The notes beneath the pieces are model-generated. The model worked only from the letters and a program-made list of their open reading frames with translations. It was not told where the DNA came from and made no database searches. Position numbers and translations under genes: made by a program. Positions 48,501 to 61,475 of a stretch of 64,000 nucleotides of DNA are shown here, one piece after another (the first letter of the stretch is position 1; every line of letters begins with the position of its first letter). Where the stretch lies: NCBI GenBank assembly GCA_043228905.1, contig JBHGNT010000016.1:13206001-13270000 (forward strand), read 5' to 3'. This stretch comes from Azolla caroliniana (lineage: Eukaryota > Plantae > Polypodiophyta).

Positions 48501-50080
48501 TTGCGTCGGATGGGATTTGCGACGTCCAAATCGGACCCTTCATTGTTGGTCTGACAAGGTCTACTTGGGCCGGTTAGTATTTTACTTTATGCTGATGACT
48601 TGGTCATCGTCGGCGTCGACCTAGGTGAAATTGACCGCGTAAAGCTCCAGCTTGCAACATCATTTGATATGAAGGACCTGGCAGACCTTCATTACTTTCC
48701 TGGGATGGAAGTGATTCGAACCCCCAAAGGAATACTGATCAGCCAATGGAATTTACGTGTTGAGTATGCTCTTCAAGTTCGGGATGGCAGACTGTAAGTC
48801 CGTCTCCACTCCTCTAGACAGAACCGTGAAGCTTCACCCCGACTCGGGAAAGGTCTACGACCCGAAAAGGTTCTAACAGATTGTCAGAAGCCTCATATTC
48901 TTGACTATCACTCGACCGGACCACAGTTACCCGGTTGGCTTGATTAGTCAGTTCATGGTGCGGCCAACTGAGGAACACCTTCAGTGCGCGCAACGTGTAC
49001 TCAGGTACGTCAGTGGCACTAAGGACCGGGGGCTACTATATCAGACCGGTACTACCTCGCAACTAGTCGGCTATACAGATGCCAGCTGGGCTGGAAATGC
49101 CGACGATCGCTAATCCACATCCGGATTCACGTTCTCCCTTGGGAGCGCGACGATCACGTGGAGTAGCAAGAAGCAACCGACAATTGCATTGTCGAGCACA
49201 GAGGCCGCGTATCAAGGAGCGGGTGTCCCAATGTGTGAAGCCATATGGCTGAAGCGGCTACTTAAGGATCTGCAGGTGGAGGTGTCCGGTCCAACCACGA
49301 TCTACTATGACAACCTCAGTAGCATCCAACTTGCGAAGAACCCCGTCTTCCACGCCCGGACTAAGCACATTGAGGTGCACTACCACTTTGTCCGCAAGCG
49401 TGTCCTCTCTGGTGAAGTTGAACTTCAATATGTTTCGACGGATTGGCAGAACGCCGACATTTTCACCAAGCCCCTTGGTCTAGACAAGTTGCAGCAATTC
49501 TCAAGTGCGCTTGGGTTGCGGCTCTTCAACATGCTGAACTTGAGGGGGAGAGAAGTCCCGCAAGACCACGGAAAGGAGTAGGAAAGGAGCGGAAGTGACC
49601 GCGACATCAAATCGGATGACAAATTCGATTTAGTGTCGGCTGAAGAAGCCGAAGGCAGATCCGCAGAAGATCCGGAAATGGGCGAGAATGCAACAGTCGA
49701 AAGAAAGAGCTGGAGCCAACCAAGCATGGGGGAGATGAAGCCAACAAAGGCGAGAAGGCCAAGATTGAGGACGAATTGGAGACATCCAATTCGGATAAAA
49801 GCGGAGACGAATCGGAGGCAGCCGATTCGGCTCGGATGTTTGATTCGGAGACGCCGAATCAACTGAAGGCCAAGTGGAAGAAAGGGCAGTAGAAGGAGTG
49901 CCAACACTGTGACAACACTGTGACAACAAGGGAGCTGGAAAAGGCCACACGTGCAGACAAGCCGATTGTAAGGGTCGAGGCGCGCAGAATCAAACGGGTC
50001 GAGGAGCACGAGCGAGGTGTGAAGTCAAGAGAAACCGGAGTGAAGGACCGGAAGAGCCTCAAGTTGAGGTTGAGGGGGAG

Positions 50081-50508
50081 TGCTAAGATACAAGCTCAAC
50101 ATTGGACGTATCGGCTTTGCAAGCTGAGAACCAGATCGGTTTGGACCGATCGGTTAGGCCGGATCGGTGCGTAAATTGGTATGTAAACTGGTCCGAAACA
50201 AGAGGCAGGATCGGTGCGGAAACCGGGAAGCCATTGAACAGATATTCCGCAAAGGAATATATTTGGGAGTTAGTGTAGGAGCTCAGTTATGAGCATTGAA
50301 GTATGTGTCAGTACTTTTGTCAGTCCATATGGACTTGTATAAAAGTGCTCTCTGAGCACATCTTATGTACAAAGTTTACACATTATTCGAATTTAGTTTT
50401 TTCCCTCTCTGTCTCTCCCGCGTACATTGTGTCTTAAGCTCTTCATTAAACCTGTTTTCTCTGTCGGTATTCTGTGTTTCATATAGCTTCCACACGTAAC
50501 ATTTCACA
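50081..50508 (+). repeat. 3' LTR of element G
   Basis: Follows the PPT, TG..CA, homologous to the LTR of E. Confidence 0.85.
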
Positions 50509-50665
50509 AATGCCCCAATGCCCTTTTCCACACCGACAAACCATAAATAGTCAACCCTTGCAACTTGTCCACAATGATCTCTATGGACCCTTTCCTAAAA
50601 AATCAATTAGTGGATCTATATACTTCATAAGCTTTATCGATGACTATAGTAAATTCACCATTATT
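50509..50665 (+). pseudogene. Older Copia integrase fragment (probable target of G)
   Basis: PLQLVHNDLYGP..YFISFIDDYSKF. Confidence 0.8.
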
Positions 50666-52857
50666 GATGAAAGCAACAACAAAGATGACAAAAACCAAAA
50701 TGGAATATAATTTATTTAGTCATAGAAATGTAAACATAAGGGATGTCGTAAAAAAACAGAAGAGATTATTAACACATTAAAAGGTTAATGATTTCCACAA
50801 GGGATTTAATGGTCGAGTTATGTTCATTCCATGCAGATTAGTACTAAGAGGCATGTACTTGTTACTCTAGCCGCGACACCAAAGATTGAGTGTAGAGTAC
50901 CTATAGCTTTGGAGTTCTAGAAAATAACGATCTTTACACGAAACGGTTTGTACAAGAAAGAGTCTTGTCTACTCTAATCAATGTAAGGGAGATGAATCCT
51001 ATTGCAAATACAATTAGAATGAAGAAATCCTTTCAGGAAAAATAGTGATAAAAAGAAAAACACCTTACATAGACTCAAGCTTTATTTTAGAAAATGAAAG
51101 CAAGAATAACACAACGAAAAACCTATAAATAAGAGTATTCTTAGCGCAAAGGAGGGAGGAGAAGAAGAAGACACGGAAGCTCTGCAATTTGAGAGATAGA
51201 AGAGGGATATCAACATCCAAAAGAGGCCATGAAGCCATCGGTTGTGGGTTCTACTCATCAACAATCAAAGATTTCTCCCTTTTCAAGCTCCACTCAATTC
51301 TTTTCTCCGTCTCTCTCCCTCCCTTGATATACTATCTTCCCAATAACAAAACCCATTGTAACGTGAACCTTATTTTATAAAAGATGCTCTTGCTTTGTGA
51401 TTACATGCTTTTTCTTTTTGCCATCATTATCCCAATATTTGTGTGTTAGCCTTCCTCTCGTGCGTTTGTTCGTCTTCTGACTAAGGGTTGGTTTAGGCTT
51501 GCCCATGCACCTCTCCTTTTCACAAAGTCTTTCGAACATTCTTATCTTTTGTGTGTAAGTCCCTCTCATGCATTCATTTTGGAACTCACAATTATTGTTT
51601 TGAAAAAAACTTTAACATTAAGAAGTATTTAACATATTTTACACATATTTTAAGTATCCTACACATATTTTAAGTATGTAATATATGCAATGTATTTTAT
51701 ATGTAATAAAATATGTATTCTAAGTATTTTAAAAAAAAGGTTAGAATACTTGCATACTTATTCTACGCGCATTCTATGCTAAGTGTTATATAACAATGGG
51801 ATCCATCACAATCATCATGAAGGTGACCATGTCTACATTGAATATGCTCTAAACAATTTCCGGTATTAGAGACTCCCCCTCTTCCATACTTCACACGGGG
51901 TCAACAAAGTGTTGTGTAGCTCGAAGTCATTGTATTGAATTACTAGGATTTAATTTAAGGGGAGATCGTAGAAGTAAGGAAATGATTGGGGGGGAGGGGG
52001 GGGGGGGAGCACAAGCTTATGTGGAATAGGTGACAACGTGGATGAAGTATTGTCTCATTTATCTACAAAGAATAACAGCCAAACTTATGAGCACTAAAGC
52101 TATTGATTTACATATCCAATAAATAGAAAGAGAAGTTGATATTTACAAGTCCATGTAATGGGAAGGATCACATCAAAAGTAGTCTAGGAAACAGGAGAAT
52201 TGAATGGAAGCAACGAGCAGCAATGTCTCATGAAGACTTAATTTGGAACCCTATATAATAACCATATGATATTCTCGAATGGGAGTCAATCGACCCTTAA
52301 GGAACATGCCAATGGTCTATCAAGAGCCGCTATACCTTTTGTCATGCTATACACTTGCATAACCATGAACACGACAATAAAATGTTGCTCAATCTTCATT
52401 CACTTAACTCACCTCCAATTAATTTAGTTAGGAGCTACGTATAGGTACTTCGTACTGTCGAAGCTTCTTTGAGGTGTTCAGAAAACCTAAGTCTCTCAGA
52501 GTTGCTTATCAATTTTTTGGGTGTAATCACAAACAACGTTGGATTGATTGGCATTACCAAAATGCCATGAAAGAAGCATCCAAATTTTTATTATAGTGAG
52601 TCGTGACAACCTGGATTCAATTTTCGGTCTATAGAATTTATAGCCTTTTTTTTAATTTTGGGGGAAAGACTTTTCAAGCATCTTGACCGGATGATCCGCT
52701 AGAATGTCATCCATCCAATGTTTCTTTTTGTTTTGGGCGAGTGGCAGCTGCTTAATCTATGGGAGACAGGAGTTCTTCTTCTCCTCCCCAAGTATTCATT
52801 CGATCCGACTAGACAGAGACACACCATTGATTGGGGATGCTTACTCTGCACTCAGCC

Positions 52858-55800
52858 ATGGAAACTAAGCATTCTTCTTGTTCGTCTTCTCATTATTATA
52901 CTGCAGTGGAGATCCTGACTTTGATCACCGTCATGGCATGCTTACTACTTGAGGCTTTCCTAATCACAATTATTCCTGTTACAGCCGACACCACAGACGA
53001 GAATTATTACTTCCCTTCCTCGAATGTCGATGACAATCTCTTTTCTTATTACGAAAACCCACAATACAATCTCTTCTCTTACAGCAATTTCCAGCTCTGC
53101 AACAATCAATCCCTTCTGCAAGCTCTGAATAGCGAGAAGAGGCTGTACGGGCGAGGCCTCGACATCTACTCGGCCCACCGTGCGGAATACCCTTACGTTC
53201 TCTACTTCCAGCTCTTCTTTGTCATACCCGCGGACGAGCTGTGCACAAGAAATAATGGCAGTACCCCATCTTACTACCTGTCTCTCTTGGCATATAAAGG
53301 CTACGGAAAGGCGCAAGACCCAAACAAGGGGCAAGTCGTGTGGACAGCCAATGTGGACAACCCCGTCGGCGAGGGCGCATGCCTGGAGCTCAATGCGGGC
53401 GACACTAATCTCAAGCTTGTGGACTGCGATAGGAACGAGCCGGATCGCGTTGTGTGGCAGACCAATACATCCACTCCTGCCAGTAATGCATCCCTCACCA
53501 TTACCTTTGAGGGAAACCTGGTTCTCTTCACAAACACTACCCATACTAATGACTCCAAGTTGACACAAAACATACTGTGGCAATCTTCTGAGCATCCCAC
53601 TGACACGATCATGGTGCTGCAAAGTCTTCGGCCCGGGAATAATCTCACGGCATTTGACAGCGATAGTAACAAAACAGCCAACTACACGCTCGAGATTGGG
53701 CATGCTGGAACCATTACCCTCTATGCGAAGATAGGGTATAAATCTCTCTATAACCATACCTCTAATAGTACTGTAAATTACACCAGCTATGAATATCCTT
53801 ATTGGGTTTGGCCTCCCCATGGTGCACCCAACACGTCTATTGGAGATGCGATGGTGCTGTGCTGGTACCCGAGAAACAAAAGCAGTCTCCAATTGGATAT
53901 CCTTCCATCTGCTAATGGGTTAGTTGATAATGAATAATGAGTTTTGGAATGTGCACCATATGGTTATCTACATGAATTGCTGACATATGTTTCAAATTCA
54001 CAATATATATATATGTAGATCCAAAGTTTCGCGCTACACCCAACTCTCACCCGATGATTGTGGTTTATTGCCTCAAGAATCGAAAGCCTTTGTATTCGAG
54101 GATAAAGGAAGTGAGGATGAAGCCAATAGCTTGAACATAACATATGCCACATTCCTCAGACTGGAAACTGATGGAGACTTTCATGCCTACACGCTCAATG
54201 ACACCAGATATCCCAACAGCACGGCAGTCTGGAGGAACTTCTCCAGTCTCTTCTCGATGAATCCATGCAGATTGCCTCTCATCTGCGGATTCTACGGTGT
54301 GTGCCAAGAAGAGTTCCAAAATTGTTCTTCGGATTGTGGAGGATCACAGACATTTGTGCTTCAGGATCCCACAAACCCTAAATCAGGCTGCAAGCTCAAG
54401 GATGATAGTAAATTGATGTAACCCAACAGTACTACTCTGTCTGATTCAACACTATGTTATTCGAATAATTTTTCAGTCATACAAGGGGCCCGTTACTTCT
54501 CCAACGCTTTCCGGTCACCTGACCAGAGAAACATTTCTGCAGAAAACTGCAAGGAGAATTGTCAGAATCTTTGCTCTTGCACGGCCGCATTCTGGGAGTC
54601 ATCATCATCATCAGGTGGTTCTTGCTTCCTCATCCAAGGTCCTGTTGCCACCATTATAGTAGTGAATGCTTCTGCTACTAAAGAATTTCAGGGCTATTTG
54701 AAACGCATAGACATCTCTACTCCATCCTCACCCTCATCCTCATTTCTATTCATCCGAATAGGACTACCAGTATTAGGAGTCATCACCGTTATGGCCATGC
54801 TGGTGGCTGGATATCTGTGCAGGAGAAGAAGACTGCAAGCCAAGAAACTGGAAGATCATAACGACATGGAAGCTGAGCTCCTGGGTGCCTCGTTTCAAGG
54901 GTACAAGCCCCGACGGTTCACATGGAAAGAGATGCATGAAAACACGTGTGGCTTCTCGGACCATCTCGGGAGTGGTGGCTTTGGCAAAGTCTTCCGGGGG
55001 GCTATGGACGATGGCACGCCCATAGCCGTGAAGCAGCTCAACGATGAAGGCCAACAGGGTAACAAAGAGTTCATCGCCGAGGTCTCGATTCTCGGCCGGA
55101 CTCACCACCTTCACCTTGTCCGCTTGATCGGCTTCTGCCTCGAAGGTACCATGCACAAGCTCCTCGTGTACGAATACATGGAAAATGGATCCTTGGATGC
55201 TTGGATCTTCAGTAAAACCCACAAATCTAGGTCAGAGACCGACGAGAGTAAGGAGAACAACCAGCGACCTGTCCTAACTTGGGAGAGGCGGTTCGACGTA
55301 GCCTTGGGTACTGCCAAAGGCTTGGCATATTTGCACGAGGAGTGTGAGGACAGGGTCATACACATGGATCTCAAGCCACAGAACATACTGCTGGGAGTCG
55401 ATTTCTTCCCGAAGATTTCCGATTTCGGGATGTCCCGAAGAGTGGTAAGAGGTGAAGAGAGTGCGGTGGTGACCATGATGAGGGGGACCCCCGGATACTT
55501 GGCGCCCGAGTGGCTAACCGACGGGGCTGTGACCGAGAAGTGCGATGTGTACAGCTACGGAATCCTGCTCCTCGAGATCGTGAGCGGGAGAAGAGTGAAG
55601 GATTGGAGAGCATTGAGGCAGAAGCTGGACATGAGCCGGAATCTGCACGAGGGAGTGAGGGAGCTCGTGGACGAGAGGCTCATGAGCTATGGCGTGGGTG
55701 TGGCGAAGAAGAAGATGTACAATGAGAAACAAGCCATGAGGATGGTGGAGGTAGCCATGATGTGCTTGCGAACCGATCCTGGGAGCCGACCGAGCATGAG

Positions 55801-56152
55801 CAGAGTAGTGCACATGTTGGAAGGGAAGATGGAAGCCATAGCCGTGCATGATGCCCCCATTAGTGAGGATTATCAAGAGATGGGGATCTTAATTCGTAGC
55901 AAGAAGATGAAGGATGGAGTAGAGCTAGAGCTGGAGCAAGAGCAGCAGTACAAGCATCATTTCTCGGAAATCCAATGGCCCAATGAGTCTTGGGGATCGG
56001 GATCCGGCACCACCTCCACTACTACGATGGGCAGGACAAGAAAATCGATATTCAGTGGCAAGAGATCGTACAAGTATATGGAGATCTCAAAGTCCGAGGA
56101 ATTCATGGATTCACTAGATCCGGGTCATACATATAGAATGAGCAAACAATAA
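52858..56152 (+). CDS. G-type (bulb) lectin S-domain receptor-like Ser/Thr kinase, non-RD (SD-2b-like); one intron, one in-frame stop (possible pseudogene)
   Basis: Hydrophobic N-terminus; B-lectin motifs VVWTAN, VVWQTNT, GNLVL, LWQS..HPTDT; intron 53919-54018 (GTTAGT..CTGAC..TAG) restores the frame; EGF-like CRLPLICGFYGVC; PAN CKENCQNLCSCTAAF; TM; kinase GSGGFG, IAVK, HMDLKPQN, DFG, APE; TAA at 54419-54421. Confidence 0.9.
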
Positions 56153-56709
56153 GATGTAAAAACACAAGTGTCATTATATTCATCGGCCATTCAAAATAAA
56201 CACTCTTGATTCCTACTGACTAATTTTAGCGATATGACTAAGATTAGTGATTGATTAATATTAGTTATTGAACTAATATTAGTCATTGGACTAATGAATG
56301 GACGTGATCATGCAACTCATCCACAACTTTGCACACCCCAAAAGATCATAAACAAAAAATTATGTCAACCTAAAATCTCACAAAAAAAAAACACACTTCC
56401 GTCAATTGTTTACAAAAAACTGGTTGACTACGTTATGTACAAAAGATTACGCCCTTCCATTTTCTAGATATATGACCTACGAGTTGCATGTGCACCATTC
56501 CGTTGTGTGTACACTTTTCATGTCATCTTGCATTCCTTCTTTATTCCATCGCGTGTTTACTCTTCCATAGCTCCCTTTCACACTATTCACATTCTCCCTA
56601 GCCTCCTTAGCCCCCCCTCAGGTGATGAGGAAGGATAGATTCCATAAATGTCTTTGTCATAACACTTGAGTGATAGTTTTCCCGACTTGGTAGTCCATGA
56701 CTATGCTGG

Positions 56710-56870
56710 AAATCGCTATTCACTGGCAAAACATCGTACAAGTATATGGAGATCGCGAAGTCTGAGGAATACATGGATTCGCTAGATCTGGGTCATACAT
56801 ATAGAATGAGGAAACAATAAAATGTAAAAACATGAGTGTGATTATCTTCATGGGCCATTGAATAAGAAAG
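56710..56870 (+). pseudogene. Diverged duplicate of the kinase gene's last ~36 codons and proximal 3' UTR
   Basis: Aligns to ~56042-56199; KSLFTGKTSYKYMEIAKSEEYMDSLDLGHTYRMRKQ* versus KSIFSGKRSYKYMEISKSEEFMDSLDPGHTYRMSKQ*. Confidence 0.85.
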
Positions 56871-58239
56871 CTAGTGTCGCGGGCTCGAATCCATCCATTT
56901 GCTAATCTCTTTCTTTTGTAGCGTCTTTTCCACAACTCTGATTTGCGATCCAATAAATTTTACAATCCTCATCCAATCCTCTAGTTGCTCGCACAATGAA
57001 CACCTAAAAATAAGGAACCGAACGTTGTCTCTTACGAAATTAACATGGTTTCCCACCTGATGCTTCAACTTTTTATCTAAATATTTCATGACGAGCCTTG
57101 TTCCATCATGGGGCACAAAGGATCCAATCGATAAACCTTCTTTAAATACGCATTATTCAAAGTAATCTAGGAATACAATAGATTCCAATAATCCTTGAAA
57201 ACTCAATTTTCTTTAATGTTTTAGCCCTTGATCTTATTATTTACGAAGTGGATAGCTCTTGCCACTTAAGATAGCTTAATTGTTGGTTTGATCTTTTCCT
57301 TCTCTCCTATCTCTTCCATTATTTCTCAATCCAAAGCTTGACTTACCTAAAATTGGGATTTAGATAAATTCCTGTCTTCACACGTGATGTGAAAGGAATG
57401 AAAGGACAAAAATTTCCAATAAGTTAAGGTTATGGTTAAGGACATAACTAGATGGAGATGACAAGAGATGAGTATCAAACTAAAATTTAGGGCTTGCTCA
57501 TGTGACAAGAGCTAATCACTTAAACAATAATGACAAGGGTTTGAACCTTGTTATAAGGGGCAATACAAAACTGAAAAGTTACGTGGCATCAATCCGAGAC
57601 CTATAACATCCATTTCAAGAATTGCTTTTTATTGTTTCCTTATTCTTTATGCCTCGCACCCATGCAATGTGGTTTATCATTGTAAAAACTCACTCTTACA
57701 AAAATTCACATTTACACACACATGTACACAAGCACACTTATATTTAAGTACAACCATTCCTATCCATACACGAATACATATAGACACAAATACGCCCATA
57801 CAAGCTATTGCACATATAATACAATTTAACATTTTTTACATAGTTATATACTAACATACCCACATATTGACACCAATCTTCATGTAGTTATTTATGCACA
57901 TACACAAACCTATAAACATATCCACACTTATATGCACATCACCATCAACAAGAACATATCTAGATGCAATTGTAAGTAACTTTTAGGTTTCCAACACGTT
58001 GACATGATGCAGTGGTTCGAGAGTAGTAAAAGAGAGAGAAATGGGAAAAAAGGGATGCCAAAAAAATTGAATGTATATAAGTCAACATAAAAAAAATCAA
58101 TAATCAAAAAGTAAATGGTCCAATCATAGAACGTAATATTCGTGTTCGTGCAAGCATTCAAACGTTTGAAAACGAACACATTTGAAAAGGGGAAAATATA
58201 TGTTTTTTTTCCTAATATTTTTTCATTTATTAACATTGC

Positions 58240-58600
58240 AAATTCAGATCACCCTAGTGGTAAGGAGACATGCTATTGCTATTTATGTCTTGGGTTCAAC
58301 TCCCAATTTTCTCCTCTCTCTCTCGTTAGTGCCACGTTATAGCAAATTTTTATATTAGTTTTTTTGTTTCTTTTTCTATTTTTATTATTAGAAATAAGCT
58401 TAACCTAGTCGTAAGTTGCCGTGCTATTGGTGCATGTGTTTTGGTTTCAATTCCCAACTTTCTCATATCCTCTTGTTAGTGTCATGGTAAAATTTTATGT
58501 TAGTATCATGTTCCTTTCTTTTTTTCCTTTCCTTCTTTGTTATTAGAAATTAGCTCACCGTAGTGGTAAGTTGTTATGCTACTACTGCATATGTCATGTT
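58240..58600 (+). repeat. Three degenerate tandem copies (~150 bp period) of the tRNA-derived unit also at 4211-4417
   Basis: ccctagtggtaag ... atgtcttgggttcaactccc and two decayed copies. Confidence 0.55.
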
Positions 58601-59959
58601 TTTTTCATATTCTCGAATATACGTTTTATGAGTTTTTGAACGTTTGATTATAATTTATAATGACATATTTTGATTCAATCTCTATAGTTCATACTCCTTT
58701 TTTTGTAACGTTCTAAAGTGAGGATGATAGAGATATCTTGATTCTTAAGAAGCATTCCAAAAGTATGCCTGTGATACAATGCAAATATTGCAACCATACT
58801 TATGTTGGTGGTTCACAATGGATTAGAGTCCACTTATTGGAATTGAGAGTGAATCAATATATAATATAGACCTTAGTCAATCCAATCCAACTTTGAGATG
58901 ATTTACCATACACGTTTGATTGAATCATTCTCGAATGCGAATGCACGTATGACACACATGATTCATTCTATAGGCCCAATGGTTAACGACCAAGATTATG
59001 GATTGTGTGAGAAAAACTAGAGGCTTTGAGTCCTTGCATGTGTATATGTGGGAATTATGTATCTTTGTTGCATTTCAATGATGAGTGGGGTAGGTGTCCA
59101 TTTAGTATAGTGGGTGGGCATCCCATCTCACTTTAAAAAGAGAGGATTAGGCTTATTTTGGGGGTTGATTATTTTGTTGGTTTTGGCAATTTTGGGAGAG
59201 CTTGTAAGCTTCTTCTTCTCCCTTTTCTTTCTCTGTTTGCTCGGTTTGATCAAAGAAGCCCGATGTTTGGGAATCACAATCTCAAAATAAAGCAAGAAGA
59301 GAGTGTGAGGATCCTACGCTAAGAAGAGACATGTGCATGAACATGTGAACGGAAAGATTACTATAACTAACATGTAGCTAAAATGACCACGATTAAGTAG
59401 TTTTTAGCTAATATTTAATGGGAAAATCTTAAATATTTATTATGGGGAGGGAAATATTACCATTTATGGTGCACACTTTAGTCGGTCTTTATTTGAGATC
59501 ACATTGTAAGAATCCCTAAAACTACCAAAATATGCAAATTACGTGCAAGTTTTTGCATAGCTAATTAGTTATGTCAAGGACACATCTAATTGTTCCCATT
59601 CCCATGCTTTCACCCATGTAGCCATTGGAAGCAAACAAGGTTTGCAAAAACTCAGAAAACACATTTATCCTTTGTCATCATCTTAATCGTGCCTTTATTA
59701 TGTATTTACAACATTGTTTCATACTTATGTCGAAGAGGTTATTCATTGTAATCAAACTAGTAATTGATCCTAATTGGAATCTTGTTGTATAAAATTAGAG
59801 TTTGTTAGTCTTAATTCATGTTAATCTCTATGAGTAATTATGTTGAGTGGCATCATTAAGATAGATCATGGAAAAAGGATCTCACAACGGGGAAATGTTT
59901 TTAAAAGATGCGGAATAGAGACAGATTCAATTGATGTGGCCAATTCAATTGATATTGAG

Positions 59960-60480
59960 GCTTTGTTAGGCTATCGGTGATGTTCACCTCAGTATCTATC
60001 TTCTAGAATTTGAGTTTCTTGTCAATGACGAGCTCCCGAATATAATGGTATCTCACCTCAAAATGTTCCATCTTAGCATGGTATACTGGATTCCGAATGA
60101 GTCAGAATAGAGGGTTGGCACCAGATGGTCGATTTGCCCTTTAGTAGAAAAGTGAACAAACAGTCAAAACAACTATATGGCTTCCTTGGCTACTTTCGAT
60201 GCGACTATATACTCGACCTTTGTTGATGAGAGTGATGTGAAATCTTGTAACTTCGACCTCCATGACATATAGGATTAGGTAGATCTGAGACTTGTAACCA
60301 AGTTGCTTGATGTAAGAGTCGAAGTTCTGGTACCATATTCTTGGCAGTTGTTTTAAGTCATAAAGGCTTTTCTTCAGTTGCCATACAAGGTGACCTTCCT
60401 CCTCTATTGCCATGAAGCCTGCTAGTTGAGATATATAGATGTCTTCTTCCAAGTCTCCATGTAGGAATGTTGTCTTTATT
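59960..60480 (-). pseudogene. Deleted Copia RT/RNase H fragment related to element H
   Basis: EEDIYISQ..EEEGHLVWQLKKSLYDLKQ..WYQNFDSYI. Confidence 0.85.
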
Positions 60481-60499
60481 TTTAAACCTTAGTGGAAGG

Positions 60500-61004
60500 T
60501 TTTACCATAGTGGACGAGTTGATTGATATGTGATCCAATCGTCCGATTTGCTTACTGAATGAGAAGGTTCGTGTTAAGCTAGCTCCAATCGAAGTTATCG
60601 ATCGTAGAGCAATGTTCCGGTCGAGGGATTTTTTACTATAGAGAGAAGACCGATGGAGTTTCCAGTCAACGAGTTTTTGGCATGGGTTTTGTGGGATCGA
60701 CGTGCAATGCACTGTCCTACGGGCGTGCCAAGTGTTACCCATATAGGTGTACGGGAGGGTTAGGTGTAATGTGTAAGGTGTAATATGAAATGTTAAGGTG
60801 TGAGTGTGAGGTGGGGTAAGTAGGTGTAACTACCCCCATTCGGCTTTTTGTAATGATCAAATCTTGTACTATTTAAACCCCACCCATGGGGCATGGAAAA
60901 AGAAGAGAAAATAATATTGAAGTTACCCTCAAATTGTGTCTATCTCGATTCCCTCTCTCTCACTGTCTCATTCTCTTATTGGCTCCACCCCCCACCCATC
61001 AACA
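60500..61004 (+). mobile_element. Second copy of the J family: internal end plus 272-bp LTR (60733-61004)
   Basis: 60500-60732 is the inverted homologue of ~43903-44125; LTR tgttaccc...cccatcaaca. Confidence 0.8.
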
Positions 61005-61475
61005 CTAATTGCATCCTTTCATATTCATAAACCTCTAGAATTTTTGTGATGCTTTCATTGTTGAATTAGCCAATATTTTGAATAATCTCTTGTACAACAA
61101 CTATCGACTCGCTTACCAATATGTTACCCACACTTTGTTCTTGTATCATTTGGCTCATGATAGTCATCATGAAGTTGACCATGTTTGCATTGAAGTCACT
61201 CTCCGCCATTTCAATTGACGCTCAAAATATCTACTCTCACACTACCCCTAATCCATGCTTCACATCAAGTTCGCCAAATTTTGTTGCATAGGTTACAAGC
61301 GTCACCTCGAATAATCAAGATTTAAATCAAGGGAAAATAGTAGATGTAAAGAGATGCTTGGGAGGATTATGGGGAATTGGTCAATATTTTGAATAAATGA
61401 TTGTACAATGAGTCTCAACCAACTTTCCAATCGGTTAGTTGCACTTTGTTCATGTATCACTGGGTCATCCATAGT

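Larger units (their letters stand above)
42644..50508 (+). mobile_element. Element G: degenerate Ty1/Copia (zinc knuckle to 3' LTR), interrupted by J
   Basis: Starts mid-knuckle (KGHKESECW), WYVDSGAS, integrase, RT, RH ADIFTKPL, PPT gagggggag 50072-50080, LTR 50081-50508. Confidence 0.93.

Noticed and set aside
52960-53892. 310-aa minus-strand ORF
   Set aside because: Antisense shadow of the lectin-domain exon; no domain features
53935-53940. Apparent double stop and frameshift in the kinase ectodomain
   Set aside because: Lies within a canonical GT-AG intron (53919-54018) whose removal restores the frame
61005-61020. Possible decayed PBS after the J-family LTR (ctaattgcatcc)
   Set aside because: Only ~6 of 9 bases match; indistinguishable from flanking DNA
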